This document shows, piece by piece, positions 38,163 to 51,639 of a stretch of DNA of 64,000 nt. Under the pieces are notes generated by a model. The model was given only the letters and a program-made list of their open reading frames with translations. It was not told the origin of the DNA and ran no database searches. Location of the stretch: contig OX597814.1 in the NCBI GenBank assembly GCA_951406725.2, forward strand, positions 120,652,001 through 120,716,000, read 5' to 3'. A program made the position numbers and the translations under genes. Positions within the stretch are counted from its first letter, which is position 1; each line of letters begins with the position of its first letter. The DNA comes from Octopus vulgaris (lineage: Eukaryota).

Positions 38163-39078
38163 TATTACTTAGTTTGTCTCCATTAATAATAAGACTGAAG
38201 GGCTTCCCATGCTGGAGGTGCTCGTGAAATTTGCGGAGAACATAGCCTCAAAAGCAAACGAAACATGGATTGCAAGCGATACAGAGTAGAAATGCAAAAG
38301 TGAATAAATGAAATTTAAGACGATGGACGTAGGAGAATGACGAAATAAATAAGAAAGGTGCAAAATATAGCTTCACAGCGAAAGAGACACTAATGGTGGG
38401 TAACGCTTAGCAGGCTATCCTAAAGGATAAGAAAAACGCCGAATAGCAAAGCATGTGTCAGTGGGATCCAGAGGATTCAGGACCAGTGAGCAACGCAGCC
38501 TGTATAAAGAAGTGTCAGAAAGAAATAAAGGCTGGTCACGGGTCACGTGTCATCAGCAAGCTGAGGAGAAACAGAGCAAGAGAGAGGGAGTGACAGAGAA
38601 AAACCAAGGAATGAGGAGGTATATTAAGGAGAAAGAAGAAAGGCTAGAAATAGAAATAAGATGACGAGAGAGAGAGAGAGAGAGAGGGAGAAAGAGAGAG
38701 AAAAGAAGCGAAAGGAAGAAAAGGACTCTTCCTCTTTTTTCTCCTTTCGTCACTTTGCCCACTGACACGTTTTGCTTTTTGTTGTTTTTCTTATTCTTTA
38801 GGGTGGCCTTCTAACCGTTACCCACCATTCGTGTCTCTTTGACCCTGAGGCTATATTTTGCTCGTTTCTTATTTATTTCGTCTTTGTTCTTCGTGCATCG
38901 TCCTAAATTATATTTATACACTTTCGCACGTCCGCTTTGTGTCGCTTGTAATTCTTGTTTTGTTTGCTCTTGGCCCTATATTTTCCGCAAATTTGGCGGG
39001 CACCACCAGCAAGGGACATCGTTCTTATCAAAGATCCATCTCTTGGTCTTATCATTAGTGGCGTGAAACTAAGTAATA
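38163..39078. mobile_element. Long-TIR non-autonomous DNA element (MITE/foldback)
   Basis: 38163-38465 is an imperfect reverse complement of 38758-39078. The outer 13 bp are perfect (TATTACTTAGTTT/AAACTAAGTAATA; the terminal TA may be a TSD), and the ~290-bp spacer is purine-rich. Confidence 0.85.
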
Positions 39079-39367
39079 TTAATACTTGATAATTGACGAA
39101 AATTTAGGGAACTTCGGTGCCTGTCTTCTGTCCGTTCGTGTACGCAATATACGTTATATTAAACGTTTTATATTTGTCGATTGTGTATTTAAAATAAAGT
39201 TTTTCATTATATATATATATACAAGAACTTTTTTGCGTAATAGAACTAACGTTGAACCCTTTATTCGCAATATTACCGAATCTGGAACTTAAGTATTGTC
39301 TGTCTATAGCACTTATTCAGCATTACTTGAGACCTTTGGGTCTCAATGACACCATTATCTCTTATAA

Positions 39368-39411
<44 letters not shown>

Positions 39412-41277
39412 TGAATGTAAATGTTATTAAATATCCTCAAAATATATTTTGCGCAGCTCAAACACTATCTTCTAATATAGAACCCAATACACTGGGTAGA
39501 ATAGATATTTATGTTTAATGTATCACAAATGAAAGTCTACTCTGATATCCACCTCGGTTTTATATACAGGTATGGTGAACACTTGGTGACAACACCAGCA
39601 TTTATACTTATATATCGACCAATGCCCTTCAAGGCTTCTGAGTCAATGCATATTCTTCTTGTATCCCCTACACACATTTCTCTCGAAGGCACAGTTTGCG
39701 AGGTATTCTTCTGAGACTTGGAGATCCGAAAAATAATTCAGGTGTTAGGACTATGTCGGCTTCAGTCAGTTTTGCGAAGAAGTTTTAAGAACACTGCAGC
39801 GCTTTGATGGATCTTTAATAAGAAAAGCAAGAAGAGGTACGTATTGAAATTAAGTAATGTCCTGCGTATTTTTAATGGGGCTCTTACAGTGAGTATTCTA
39901 GCATTCTAAATTATTATTATCTGGACTCTTTACATGCCTGAAACTTTAGCGCTCGGAGAGTTACTAGCAAAGCCATATGCTATGATAATATTTTCCTAAT
40001 AATTCTTGTTATATATATATATATATGATTATACAACCAACTAAAGAAGCTACATGTTTGAAGACAGCTGTCCAAAAAATATTTCCTTTTCATCAACTTA
40101 TCAACATTGGAAGAAATGATCACTTCTGCGAACAACTAAATGCCTTGACTGAGTACGATGTTCCTTTTTGCCCCCCAAAACTCTATGACGCCTGTAAATT
40201 TTTGACTTGTCTCAAGTTAACCTACTCATGTTACGCAAAGCATACCAATATTATGTAGGGCGCGTTGTTTCCCTTCTAGGTATGATTTATAAATATCACA
40301 TTGCACCAATTTTGGGGTCACGGGGAAGCTCATCGAATTCTGAACACGTTTTGAAAATTCACTACCAACTTTAGAAATATTGTATTATTTACATTTGTAC
40401 ATGTGACGGAGGCGTCTATTATTGTTTTGTAGATAGCAGGTAATGTTATATGGCGCTCAGAGTATGTGTACTGTGATCTTAAGCATCCTCGTTTCCGAGA
40501 TAGTTTGTAAATATTATTGTCTCTGTAGAGGTGCACGGCTGATGACAGTACTGAGAAATTTCAATTTCCACGCTGTCCACTTCTTTTTTCTATGGTGAGT
40601 ATGTATCAGTAATGACTGGTATGTTTCAGTAATGACTCTTCAAATACTTTGTGACGCATAGCTTTAAGTTTTAAAGAAAGTTTGAAATAATATATACGCA
40701 TACTTGTATGCATACACGCACACAAGGATATATAACCAATATCATATATATGTGTAAATAATTATGTGTCTATACACACCACACACGCTTATATTCGTGT
40801 ATGTAAGCATGCATTAGATGGCGTTAATTGCAATTTACTTTCGACTGACTTCTGAGAGTATAACAATCTTGCAAATTTGTCTACCTTAATGGCTATATTA
40901 GTAGGCGTCATATTTAGATAATTTCATTTCGCAGACGGTTTCAACTTATTTAGTCACCTGATGTTCAACTTTTGAAGTTGTACAAAAGTGTCATTAATTT
41001 AAGTGTACCTGTGCTTCATTATTTTACACTAATTATTTGCAGTCACACTGAACGCATTCGCATTTGAAAATGAAATTGCATTAAAATTTGATGACAAACT
41101 ATTCCTGCCACTTCTTGAAAATACTGTATTTTTTCAAAGCGTTGCTATCATTTATTGGCAATATTTTCCCAACAGTTTGCAATTTTCTATGTTACTTATA
41201 TCTAATACACAACTATCAGTGAAAAAGTATATATATATATTTGCATTGAGAATCACTTCCCATCGCCAACCGGTGGT

Positions 41278-41329
41278 TGTTACACGCTGATGACAGGTCT
41301 AACCCAGAAACTCGGGTTCATATGTAACA
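41278..41329 (+). ncRNA. Type I hammerhead ribozyme motif with canonical CUGAUGA core
   Basis: UGUUACACG-CUGAUGA-CAGGUCUAACCCA-GAAA-CUCGGGU-U-CAUAUGUAACA. UGUUACA/UGUAACA forms stem I, helix III is near-palindromic ACUCGGGU and stem II is imperfect. Confidence 0.65.
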
Positions 41330-42699
41330 CGTCAGGCTGGAGATGGGAATGATGACTTCTCTTTGCAAATATTGATAGGACACAGATAGTGTGTCCTAGC
41401 CATCTGGAACAGATGTTTTCCTGGGGCTACACGCTACAGTAGCATCGGCCCTTAAGGTTTAGCCACATTTATGTGGCAAATATACTTCACTATGTCGTGC
41501 TACAACTGTTTATACCTCGCTCCGAGATTTATAATTACCACTATCATTATTTAACACGTATAAAAGTTTATGATATATTGTAAACATATTCAAGCATCAT
41601 GACCAGCGTAGTTAGCATAACAAATTCTTAGTCTGTCATTAATATGTCAAATCTCACCACCAACTGGATGTTTTAGTTATCGACGTCATGAATTTGGCTT
41701 TCTTTTAATTTTTGTCACATGTCAATGGCTGGAGGTAATCACAGCACTGGAAGCTAACAGAACAGTATTCAATTTCATTCTAACGTAGTTGTTGCACGTA
41801 TGAGATAATCGGCATTCTAGGCGTGATTATCCTGAATTTTAACTGCTTTCTTCGTTCTACATTAATCAGTCTGTTCGTCCTTTTCGAATTCGCTAAGGTG
41901 CGATTTCATGAAAATTTGGTTTCTATTTTTTAGACGGTATTTTTTGGTGCGGCACCTGGAGCCTATCAACAGCTCTGCAATTATTTCTAGTTGAAGTGTA
42001 TATTATACAATGAAAATGACAATGTTGGAACTATTTTAGGCATCTGTATAATACACTATGTCATTAAATATCCAGACTAACTTCGAATATATTGGTCAAG
42101 ATATTGGTTGTTGTCGACCAATGTATTACAACTCTATAACCCCATCCATTACGCCCTTAAACTAATATCCATGCTCTTTATCAATCTCCTCTTCCTCAAC
42201 GTTATTTTTAAAGCTTTAAAACACGCTGGTCTCAACTTTGCCTTTCATCATTTAGGCGTTGAATACATAAAGTACTTATCAAGTGGATGAGAACCATGCT
42301 ATCTCGTAGCTCCTTCGTTTTCAATAGCTGAATTCTACATAAATTACCTAAACAAATCATTGAAAAGGCGATATATTTCCTCCGTTAGTAGAAACATAAC
42401 CTGCAGTCTTTCTTCAAATATCACTGAGTTCGACTTGACTTTCCATGGCCGGTATCAAACAGTATCAATCAAGGGTGATGCAGTTAGCTAGGTCTTTCTC
42501 TTGTGCTTACGATGTGAATAGTTCATATTTTAGCTTACAGTAATATGTTTGACTTAGTCGGCATAGTATCGGAGATAATCGTTCGTAATTGTAGGTAGCT
42601 TCATAAGTTATTTTCGGATTGTCAATGATGTTATTTAGCAACTTGTATCTCCCTGTTATAGTATTAATTTGATAGAACATGGCGTCCAATCCTGACTGA

Positions 42700-43770
42700 A
42701 TTGTAAATTCTCTATTCCATATCTAACATCAATTAGTTATTGGTTTTTTTTACGGCTTTCATAAATGATGGAAACATTACAAAATATTGCAAATACTTAA
42801 AGATATGTCAAAGATCGTGTGTTTCTTCTTCAGAAGTTTTAAGGAAGTTGACACCAACCTCGAAGGCAAACCAAAGTCACGGAGACCTTATATTGTGGAA
42901 AAAGTGGTCTGGCTTAAAGTGGTTGAAAAAAGGGTCAAGCACAAGCACTCGTATGTTGTCAGAAGAACTTGGTGTTTCAAAAACCACGAGCACTCCACAA
43001 TCCCATAAGCTCGGCACTGTGAACAGACGCTGTCGAGATGTTCCTATTGAACTAACTAATGATCAAGCTCAATGACATGTGAATATCTGTAGGTAACTGC
43101 TGGCCAATCCCTGAAATGCCAGTTGCTGCCGTCGAATTTTAACAGAGGAGGGGAAAGGGATCTGTTTTCATAACCCTAATGACAGAAACCATTGCCTTCT
43201 TTCCGGTCAGGCTTCAGAACCTGTCGTCAAACAACAGCAGTTTGAACAGAATCTCCTGTGTTTTTAGTGGAATTTAGTAGGGGTTTTGCATTTTGAGTTT
43301 GTCTAAGATGGTCATTATGTGAACGCTAACGCTTATGTTCAATAACTGCAGTGAGTATACGATGATTCTAATGTCCGCTATGTGACATTGGTTAATCGAA
43401 GTCGAACACTCCTAAAGCATGAGAATCTTTCGGTAAACAATTCCAGTGTCACCGAGTGCAAACGTGAGGACGATTAGGGATTGAAGTGCTGTTTCACCTT
43501 GCCTATATTTCAGACAGTTTACAATCGGATTCCCACCTTTTCCAACTCGAGACTCATTTTGTGCACTGACGGAGGTCCAGCACTATCGAGGAATTTGCTC
43601 CTAAACGAGCCAAATGTTACAAACGTGGAATTAAGGGCTTCTGACAAAACGATGGCAAGAGACAATAGAATATGATGGGATGTAATTTTGCATATGTCAA
43701 ATATTTTTAAAATTATTTAAAACATGAAATGCGAAAACAAAAAAAAAAACTTTTGACATAGCCTCTTATA
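42700..43770 (+). pseudogene. Decayed mariner (Tc1/mariner) transposase
   Basis: LEGKPKSRRP (cf. LEDxPRSGRP), helix-turn-helix STRMLSEELGVSKTT, DVPIELT (WVPHEL), ILTEEGKG (TGDEKW), WNLVGVLHFE, LLKHEN (HDNA); multiple stops. Confidence 0.8.
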
Positions 43771-44576
43771 TTATTTAATTTCCTTAAATTCCGCGTTCAT
43801 AAGCAACCAAAGTTATCTTTGCTTTACACTCTCCGAGGTTGTTAAAAGGTTCTGTTTAAGTATTTGAGTGAAAGTAAACCATAGATTGCCTCCTTACAAT
43901 ATTTCTTCTTGTATGTATGGTAGACATAATTAAGAGGGTCCTGCTTGGCAGACAAACATGACTATTGGACAAAATACTATGCGACAATCAGTTACGCCCA
44001 TTAAAGTTGGGGCCCATTAAAAATGCTACTAGACGCTTCCTGGCTTATTAATATTCAGGCCTCGTTGAAATATTCACTAATGAAGTACTGCGTTTCAATA
44101 TCATTCAATATTGCTACATTACTCATTTCCTCCCATGCGCGCATGTAGGATATCAATATTTCTACCACGCATCATCACAATATTCATGAGTTAATCACAC
44201 GTCTAGTAATATACTTTCTACAAATTCATTTGTAACTAACAACTAATTTTCCATTCTACATTGCAACGATCTTCTTGTTCTTTTATATTCTTCTGTTTAT
44301 TCTCGCATTACACCTGAAACACTTTGGAAAACATCTCAAATCATATCTTACCAACTCTGAGGTAATATCAATGCCACCTTAGAAAATACCATGTGTCAGG
44401 TGATTCTGAATTAAAACATCATCTAGCTTTTGTACTTAACTATCTGCGAGTGACGGTTTTCTGCAGATAATCTATTGAAGAATCTAAGTGTAGTAAAATG
44501 ACTTTCAACGATTACATGTCTTGAACACAGGCTTTCATGGAATATGAATTAGCTGGAACATGGGGACACCATAACT

Positions 44577-44577
<1 letters not shown>

Positions 44578-44630
<53 letters not shown>

Positions 44631-44631
44631 G

Positions 44632-44662
<31 letters not shown>

Positions 44663-44680
44663 ACCACTACTACTACTAGT
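44578..44680. repeat. (TAC)n-(TAA)n microsatellite
   Basis: Directly visible. Confidence 0.95.
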
Positions 44681-47600
44681 GCATACAACTGTTTTTCTTG
44701 TGTCGAATATGTCGTTCTAGTAAATGACTCTATTTGTTGATCCACAACAAATTCAGTAATTCATATTTGTGACGCCAATAAGTTACCGAAAAAGACATCT
44801 TAACACGATATTCTCTTTCGTTTCGTTTAATTTATTTGGAAGGTCTCATTCTGGAGGTGTGTTTGCTTTTCATTTCTCTGATGTTCATATACGTTTACTA
44901 ATATTTCCCCTATCTAACTCTGTCGAATATACCCATCACCTCACAATGCCTCATATTTTACAAAGACAAAAGAAAGTAATGTTAATACACATTAAATAAT
45001 CATCATTTCAAAAATATTATCTCTCGGTACAATAGGTTCCTATATATTTGTCTGTATAAGACAGAGATAATAATGTTTGTGACAGCTTTCTAAATACAAT
45101 TGATTTTATTAATTATATTTTATCCTTAATGTTTCTGCAAAATATCGATTTAGGTTATTAATTTTGAAAATGATGCACATTTTAGCTAGATGACAACAAA
45201 ATGATTGGCAAACGGGAGCCATCTTGTTTTAAAAAAATATTGCGAAAAAGAAAAGAGAAATAGGCATTGATGTTGGGTTTTAATATGAAGAGAGGTTTTA
45301 AAGACAAGGAACGCATTGTCTCTTGTTTCACTTTGTTATCACCAAAACAATTGTTCTCTCTTGTGAAAGGAATAGAATAGTGTCTCATACAAAGGATAAA
45401 AGAAAAGGAACATCTTCCTTGTGAAAAATATTAAGTAGATTTTCAGCGTTTCTAACGAGCAAAACGAAATAATGTCAAATTTAAAAGCAATCTCCTCTGC
45501 ACTTCCTACGCAACATAGTTCAGTGAATTTCATATATATATACATCGTATATAAAATCCCGACATAAACTTTATGCCCATATCAGAAATAAATATCAACA
45601 AGAAAATTTTATGGTGTACAGGCCCTGTTATTTTCTAAAAAATATATGTAAGGATCCGTCGCTGCACTACCATTTCCTGTATAACAATCTATTAAACCTA
45701 TTTCATTCAAATTTCTATAATTTGCAGTCATTATGAAAATGAATGACCATCATGTGTCCACATATAGGACATTAGCATATGACCGCATACTGAGTAACGA
45801 TGTAAGTAAATTCCGGGCTTCCTATAAACACATACACAAAGATATCAACACGTACACATACATGTGTGTGCGTGCGCGGTGTGTGTTTTTTTTGCATGTG
45901 TCTATATGCATTGATGTACATTAAAGAGAAAGGAGGCATACTGTTAACCTATTCTTCTCTTTATCTTTTTCACTTAGAATATAGGAATAGCAGAACTTTC
46001 TGTAATTCTGATACTATGTATACAATGCCATTATCAACAATTTTTTTTAGCTTTGTTAGCTTGTCTTTAGAAGACGGTGAATCAATAAAACTATGGCCTT
46101 TCAATTTACAAAATAAATGAAAGTAACAGTTGAGAAAAGGTAGCTGAATATTAATAAGTATTCAAGAATCGAAATTTTGGGTAATAGAAATTGTGTGTAA
46201 TCGAAATTGTGTGTATTCATTATACAGTTTCAGCCATGTTCAATATCTAAACTTTTGAGGCATTAGTTAAAATCACACAATAAACTATAATAATTAAAAG
46301 AAGATTTGCTTTTTCTTTACTGCCAAAGCGACGCACTGGGGTAAGATACCCATCCAAAAGAACTATTTAATGATTTAGTCAGAGGCTTTTTTTTTCAGAA
46401 CCATGTTTACACCTTGTCAGTAATTTACACTATAATTCACAGTAGAGTTAAAATTAATAGGCATGCAGATTTGAGATTTGACCAATGCTAGCATGGCGAT
46501 TTCTTATTCCAGTGTTATAAATCAACTAGCATTCAAATTCTGGGTGCAATGTATATAGATCCGTGATGCTACAGAACTTGTGAATGTGTAGAAACCTTTG
46601 AAATTGTTATAAAAAGAAGCTGCATTAGTCTCATACACGAACATAATGATTCAAATCTAAATAATTTAAATATAAAAAGTCTATTGTTGTAAAAAAATCT
46701 CCCGGCAATAAATTGTTTATCTGACACTGGTGGAATTGGGGAACGAATAAAATACAAAACGTATTTATGACCTCTCGTTGCAAACATTTTTGATAATGTA
46801 CTAATTATTGTTTTATATCCATGCTTTGCATTGAAAATATATCCTAACATGTAATCCCATTTCGAAAAGAGATTTTTATTTGCACACTTTGTAACAAATG
46901 ACTCCAGCAGTATTCGAAGCGCAAGGTATCGAGTCTATTTACCTTAGGCTATTTAGGTTATCTATAAAGAAATTTATCCCAACCTCCATGAATAATGTTG
47001 TTTACTTCCAAATAATTATTACCTAACCTTACATTCTTAAAATTTCAAAGCTAGTTCTATAAGCATATAATAATCGAGTATATTCCAATATATCGAGCTT
47101 GGTTGGAGAAAAGTAATTATTATGCGACTCGCTACACAGCATATATGTTAAAAAGTAAGTAAAAATTATTTTGTTCAGCGATCTATTAGTTCTACTATCT
47201 CATCATTGTAAAACCATAAGATGCTTGTAAATTGGAAAGATATACATAAAAAATAATCTCAAGATTTTTCGAAGAGGAGGGAAATCAGTTTTGAAACAGA
47301 TTACATCTCGATATCTATAGATCATTGTGTCAGTAATACAGGCCTTATTATAGTTACATATAAAAACTCATTTTTCACTTTCGAATGAAAATTCAAAGCA
47401 ATTTTTGTGGTAATACAGAAGGGAATGTAATACAAAACATTAACTGCAAAATTTGCGCATTTTGGCTTGCTACAAAACACATTACCATAAAATGCTACAC
47501 CCTAACACGTCATCTCATTAAACAGAGCATTATATATGTATTATCGATGATTTTGGCTTTCAAGGAATAAATATCGATTCAGAATGGATACTTGATCTGC

Positions 47601-48779
47601 ATGTAACAATATTAGAGTATCTTTAAAAATACTTTATTACATACTACGATTCTCTAGACTTCGTTCTCTTTATATAAAAATAAAAGTGAGAAGAAATTTT
47701 CACTTTGCACATTGTCGCCCCCTCTTTCTGTCTTTCTATTTTCTCTATTTCAATGAAGATATCCATGAAGCTAATTATTTACGTAACCAATTAAATAATT
47801 TACCTGCGTTTATATATTTATTGAATCTTTGAAATAAAATCAAAAGAAGTGTATATTTCTAAAAGGTGTGGACAATTTCATATTTTTCCCTAGAAATATT
47901 ACGAGCGACATAGGTCACATTTTCCCTAGGTACTTAGTCATAACTTTTGTCAATTGGGTTCTGTTTAATATGCATTTTAGTATGAATGATTTCGAATTAT
48001 AATGTGGTCATTAATCCTTAGTACATAACTCTCTCTTTGATAAACGTACTTATTCAAATACCCTCTTTCCTAGATATATGTGATGTTCTGCAAAACGAAA
48101 ATAAAATCAATATCTTGATATTATGTAAATCTATATTCAAGGAAAACATAATTTATCTACATTTTCTAATGCTGGAATTAAAGTTAATTTTAGAACTTAG
48201 AAGCTTAACAGTTTCAATTACAATAATCAATATACTTTCTACTCGCCTGAGTACTACACATGATAAAACACGAATGAAAGCATTTCAGCTTTTGTTTTCT
48301 CTTTCAAAAGATTTAGTTCAACATTTGGGGTTAAACATGCGTTAGAGTCGATAAAATATTGGGTTATGATGCATTGTGGTACGACACCTCAAAAGTAATG
48401 TGCAACGAATGCTATGAAAATCAAACAACGTTGAATTTACTTTTAAATTCAAGTATAATATAATGATATTTAAGCTAAAATCTGGGAAGATAGTTTATTT
48501 AATATCATATGTACTGCATCATTTACTTAAGATTAGGATATATAATATTAGATAGTTTATTTGTTAACATTATATGTAATGCATCATTTACTATAGCTTA
48601 AGATATATTATATTACTGGTTTTCTATGTGAGGCTCTCTACGGAGGCCGACAGATGATGTGCATTGGAAACACTGATTTGATCACTCATACACAAATAAC
48701 TGTCGGATATGTGAATATTCCCGGCATGAAAAATTTTGGTGACCTTCGCCGTATGTATAGACGATTTTAATGGGCTTAT

Positions 48780-49530
48780 AACTAAATCCCTTACAGTATC
48801 TTATTGCACTATGCAGGAGTGGTAGAAGTTACTAGAAGATTAGGTGTCGGTCAAAGGCTGATTAGAAAAGAACAAATGAGGAAATGGAGACTAGAAAGTA
48901 AAGTGAAGTATTTAAGACAAGATCTGAGTTGAATATAAGATTGAAAACTAAACAAGTTAAGAAGCACAAAATATTTAATCTTCTGTTAAGCAAAACTACT
49001 GAAAGACAAAAAATTTAAGATAGTCATGGAAGAGATGAAATAGCGTACCATAGCAATTGCAGATAAGCATTTCAGATATCAGAAAATATTAGATCAATAC
49101 CAGCACAACAGACTGTTTGAAATAGACCAGGGGAAATGTTATAGCCAAATATGTAATGTAGAAGAAATGATTAGAAATGAGAAACTTAATGTAGCAGAAA
49201 CTCGAAAGTTCTGGAGTAATATTTGGGATAAACTAGTCAATCATAATTTAGAGAAGTATTTAGAAGTAACCTCATCTAAAATTAACTAGTGCATTAATAA
49301 GTAAGGTGTTAGGAAGAATGCAAAATTGGAGCGGCCCAGAGCTAGATTAAGTTCCAGGGTATTGGATACAGAAATTTAGTAGTTTACATAGGAGACTCAG
49401 AGAAAAATGGCAGGATTGTGTGAATGGAGGAGTCATACCTGGTTGGATGACTAGAGGGAAAACATTACACTTTGTGAATGACGAAGGGGAAATGCAGCTA
49501 GTAATTAGAGACCAGTCACTTGTTTACCAT
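48780..49530 (+). pseudogene. Decayed R4/Dong-like LINE, pre-RT and RT start
   Basis: RLESKVKYLRQDLS, RYQKILDQYQHNRLFEIDQGK, ETRKFWSNIWD, NWSGPELD..GYW, PGWMTRGKT, ASN*RPVTCLP. Confidence 0.8.
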
Positions 49531-49559
49531 TTTATTTGTTTACCAGTTTATTTGCTATA

Positions 49560-50110
49560 GCAAATATACTCTCATATTATTATTGAATGTGGGTGCAATG
49601 TATACCATGAAATTGACACTGGAATACAAATATACGAAGTCCAGTATACTCACCATGACTACCCGTTTGAAAGGAGTACAACAGGCAAATGCATCATCAC
49701 CATGTGTGAGCGAGATGGTGATCTTATATGAAGATAAACATCGCATGACCTTACAGTTAGGGCACAGTTGGAATCATCTGTTGTCCATACCGCTCAGAAA
49801 GTCCCTTAACAAGATTCGTTCAAGGATGATAAAAGAATGACCCACGTTTCCAGAGGTGATTTATTCAAACTCCAAAGAATTTCTCTGAACACAGCCCCCG
49901 CCCCCTAGCATTCCTACGCTCGGTCAGAAATGCACATATCCTCAGCCACTAAGGGACATGCTCAGATGGTTAAGGTCAGGCAACGGACAAGCAAATCTGC
50001 TGTATTGAGCAGAATATTTGCTGTAGCCTGTCTTTTACATCAACATGGAAACACTTCTAATGAGTTACGAACAGAAGCCATGAGAGCCACTGCCTGGTAT
50101 TGCATAAGTT
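49560..50110 (-). mobile_element. Unclassified interspersed repeat, possibly a LINE 5' leader
   Basis: GC-richer non-coding block directly following the (TAA)n tail of the Dong element; family not established. Confidence 0.3.
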
Positions 50111-50111
50111 C

Positions 50112-50124
50112 ATTATTATTATTA

Positions 50125-50162
<38 letters not shown>

Positions 50163-51264
50163 TAGTTTTATTTTTATAGCGTGCTTTCACTTCACTGCCG
50201 AGCGCAGCTCTGTGTGCATTGGGTATGTGCTGTGATTTGTTGTGATGCTCTGATGGTTATTGTATGGAAAGTGTTCTGCGTAGGATGTGTGCAGTGCCTA
50301 GTAGTGCAATTTTCTGTATGTTATATGTGTTTGTAAGTCCTGGTGTTTTTGTTATGTATTTGTCTGAATATTTTTTTATCATGCCTAATGCACCTACTAT
50401 GATAGGAATTGTTTCTGTTTTCAGATTCCACATTCTAGTTACCTCTATTTCCAGGTCTTTGTATTTTGAGAGTTTCTCCATTTCTTTTAGAGACACATTG
50501 TCATCTGCCGGTATTGATACATCAATTAGAAAGCATTTTTTTCCTTCATGATCCCTGACAACTATATCTGATCTGTTGGCCTTAATTTTTCTATCTGTGT
50601 GTATCGGCATATCCCAGAGTATGGTTGCTTTCTCGTTTTCTGTGACCTTTTCTGGTGTGTGCCTATACCATCTTTTTTCTGTTGTTATTCCATAATGTTG
50701 GCATAGCTTCCAATGTATGTAGGTTCCAACTCTGTCATGTCTGTGAATATATTCCTTCTTAGCCAGGACTGGGCAGCTAGAGATAATATGATTTATTGTT
50801 TCTTGTCCATCTCCACATATTCTGCAGTTACTTGTAATATTTCTTTTCATTACATGTTTTTGGTAATTTCTGGTGGGGAGGCTTTGGTCTTGTGCTGCAA
50901 TTAAAAATCCCTCTGTTTCTGCTTTGAGTCCTGAGCTTCTCAACCATTGCTGGGATTTTTCTTTGTCTTTTTTTTGCGTTTAGTTTAGTCCAGTATTTAC
51001 CATGAAGGGGCTTTTCTTGCCATCGTTTTATCATGGTTCGTTGCTGTTCTATTTTTAGTTTGGATTTCATTTGTTTTATAGCTTTTGTTGTTTCTTCTTC
51101 TTCTTCTTCTTCTTCTTCTTCTTCTTCTTCTTCTTCTTCTTCTTCTTCTTCTTCTTCTTCTTCATGTTTATTAGGTGGTATGATTTCTTGTTTGTATTTG
51201 TTAGCTTCCTTAAATACTGAGAACAGTTTTTTGTTTTGCTCGTGTTTTGCCGCTACCTGGATCA
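50112..51264 (-). mobile_element. 5'-truncated R4/Dong-like RLE LINE inserted in (TAA)n
   Basis: WQEKPLHGKY, LKAETEGFLIAAQDQ, CRICG..ETINHIISSC (CCHC), RHD, ILWD, NRSDIV..LIDV..EKLSKY (PD-(D/E)xK), PIIVGALG. A short 3' UTR leads to the (TAA)n tail at 50112-50160, and (TAA)n also lies at the 5' junction (51265-51345). Confidence 0.92.
50257..50943 (-). CDS. C-terminal CCHC plus restriction-like endonuclease domain of the R4/Dong LINE
   Basis: Open for 228 codons; frameshifted from the upstream frame at an A-run near 50968-50975. Confidence 0.85.
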   Translation of the reverse strand: MRSSGLKAETEGFLIAAQDQSLPTRNYQKHVMKRNITSNCRICGDGQETINHIISSCPVLAKKEYIHRHDRVGTYIHWKLCQHYGITTEKRWYRHTPEKVTENEKATILWDMPIHTDRKIKANRSDIVVRDHEGKKCFLIDVSIPADDNVSLKEMEKLSKYKDLEIEVTRMWNLKTETIPIIVGALGMIKKYSDKYITKTPGLTNTYNIQKIALLGTAHILRRTLSIQ

Positions 51265-51347
<83 letters not shown>

Positions 51348-51639
51348 TACTGTTGATATCATCATAATCATCATCATCACAGTGGTGTTGATTGCTAAAA
51401 TCGAACTTTAGTGCCCTTTGCAGAACCATTTATTTGTTCACAGATTTTACTGTGTACGCTTTCTTTTTTTTACACCCTAAGGGAAGCGCAGTAGAGTGAT
51501 GACTATACCAACAACAGCGATATTCATAGTTTTGAGCCTGTGTTAGAAATTAAAAAAAAAAAGAATTTCATTACATTATATTCACGTTTGACTAAGTAAT
51601 TTATGAGACCAATTTAAAATGAAACTGAATTTTTACTCA

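Noticed and set aside
40533-40575. CTGATGA-CAGTACTG-A-GAAAT hammerhead-like string
   Set aside because: Stem I cannot form beyond 2 bp and there is an extra base before GAAA.
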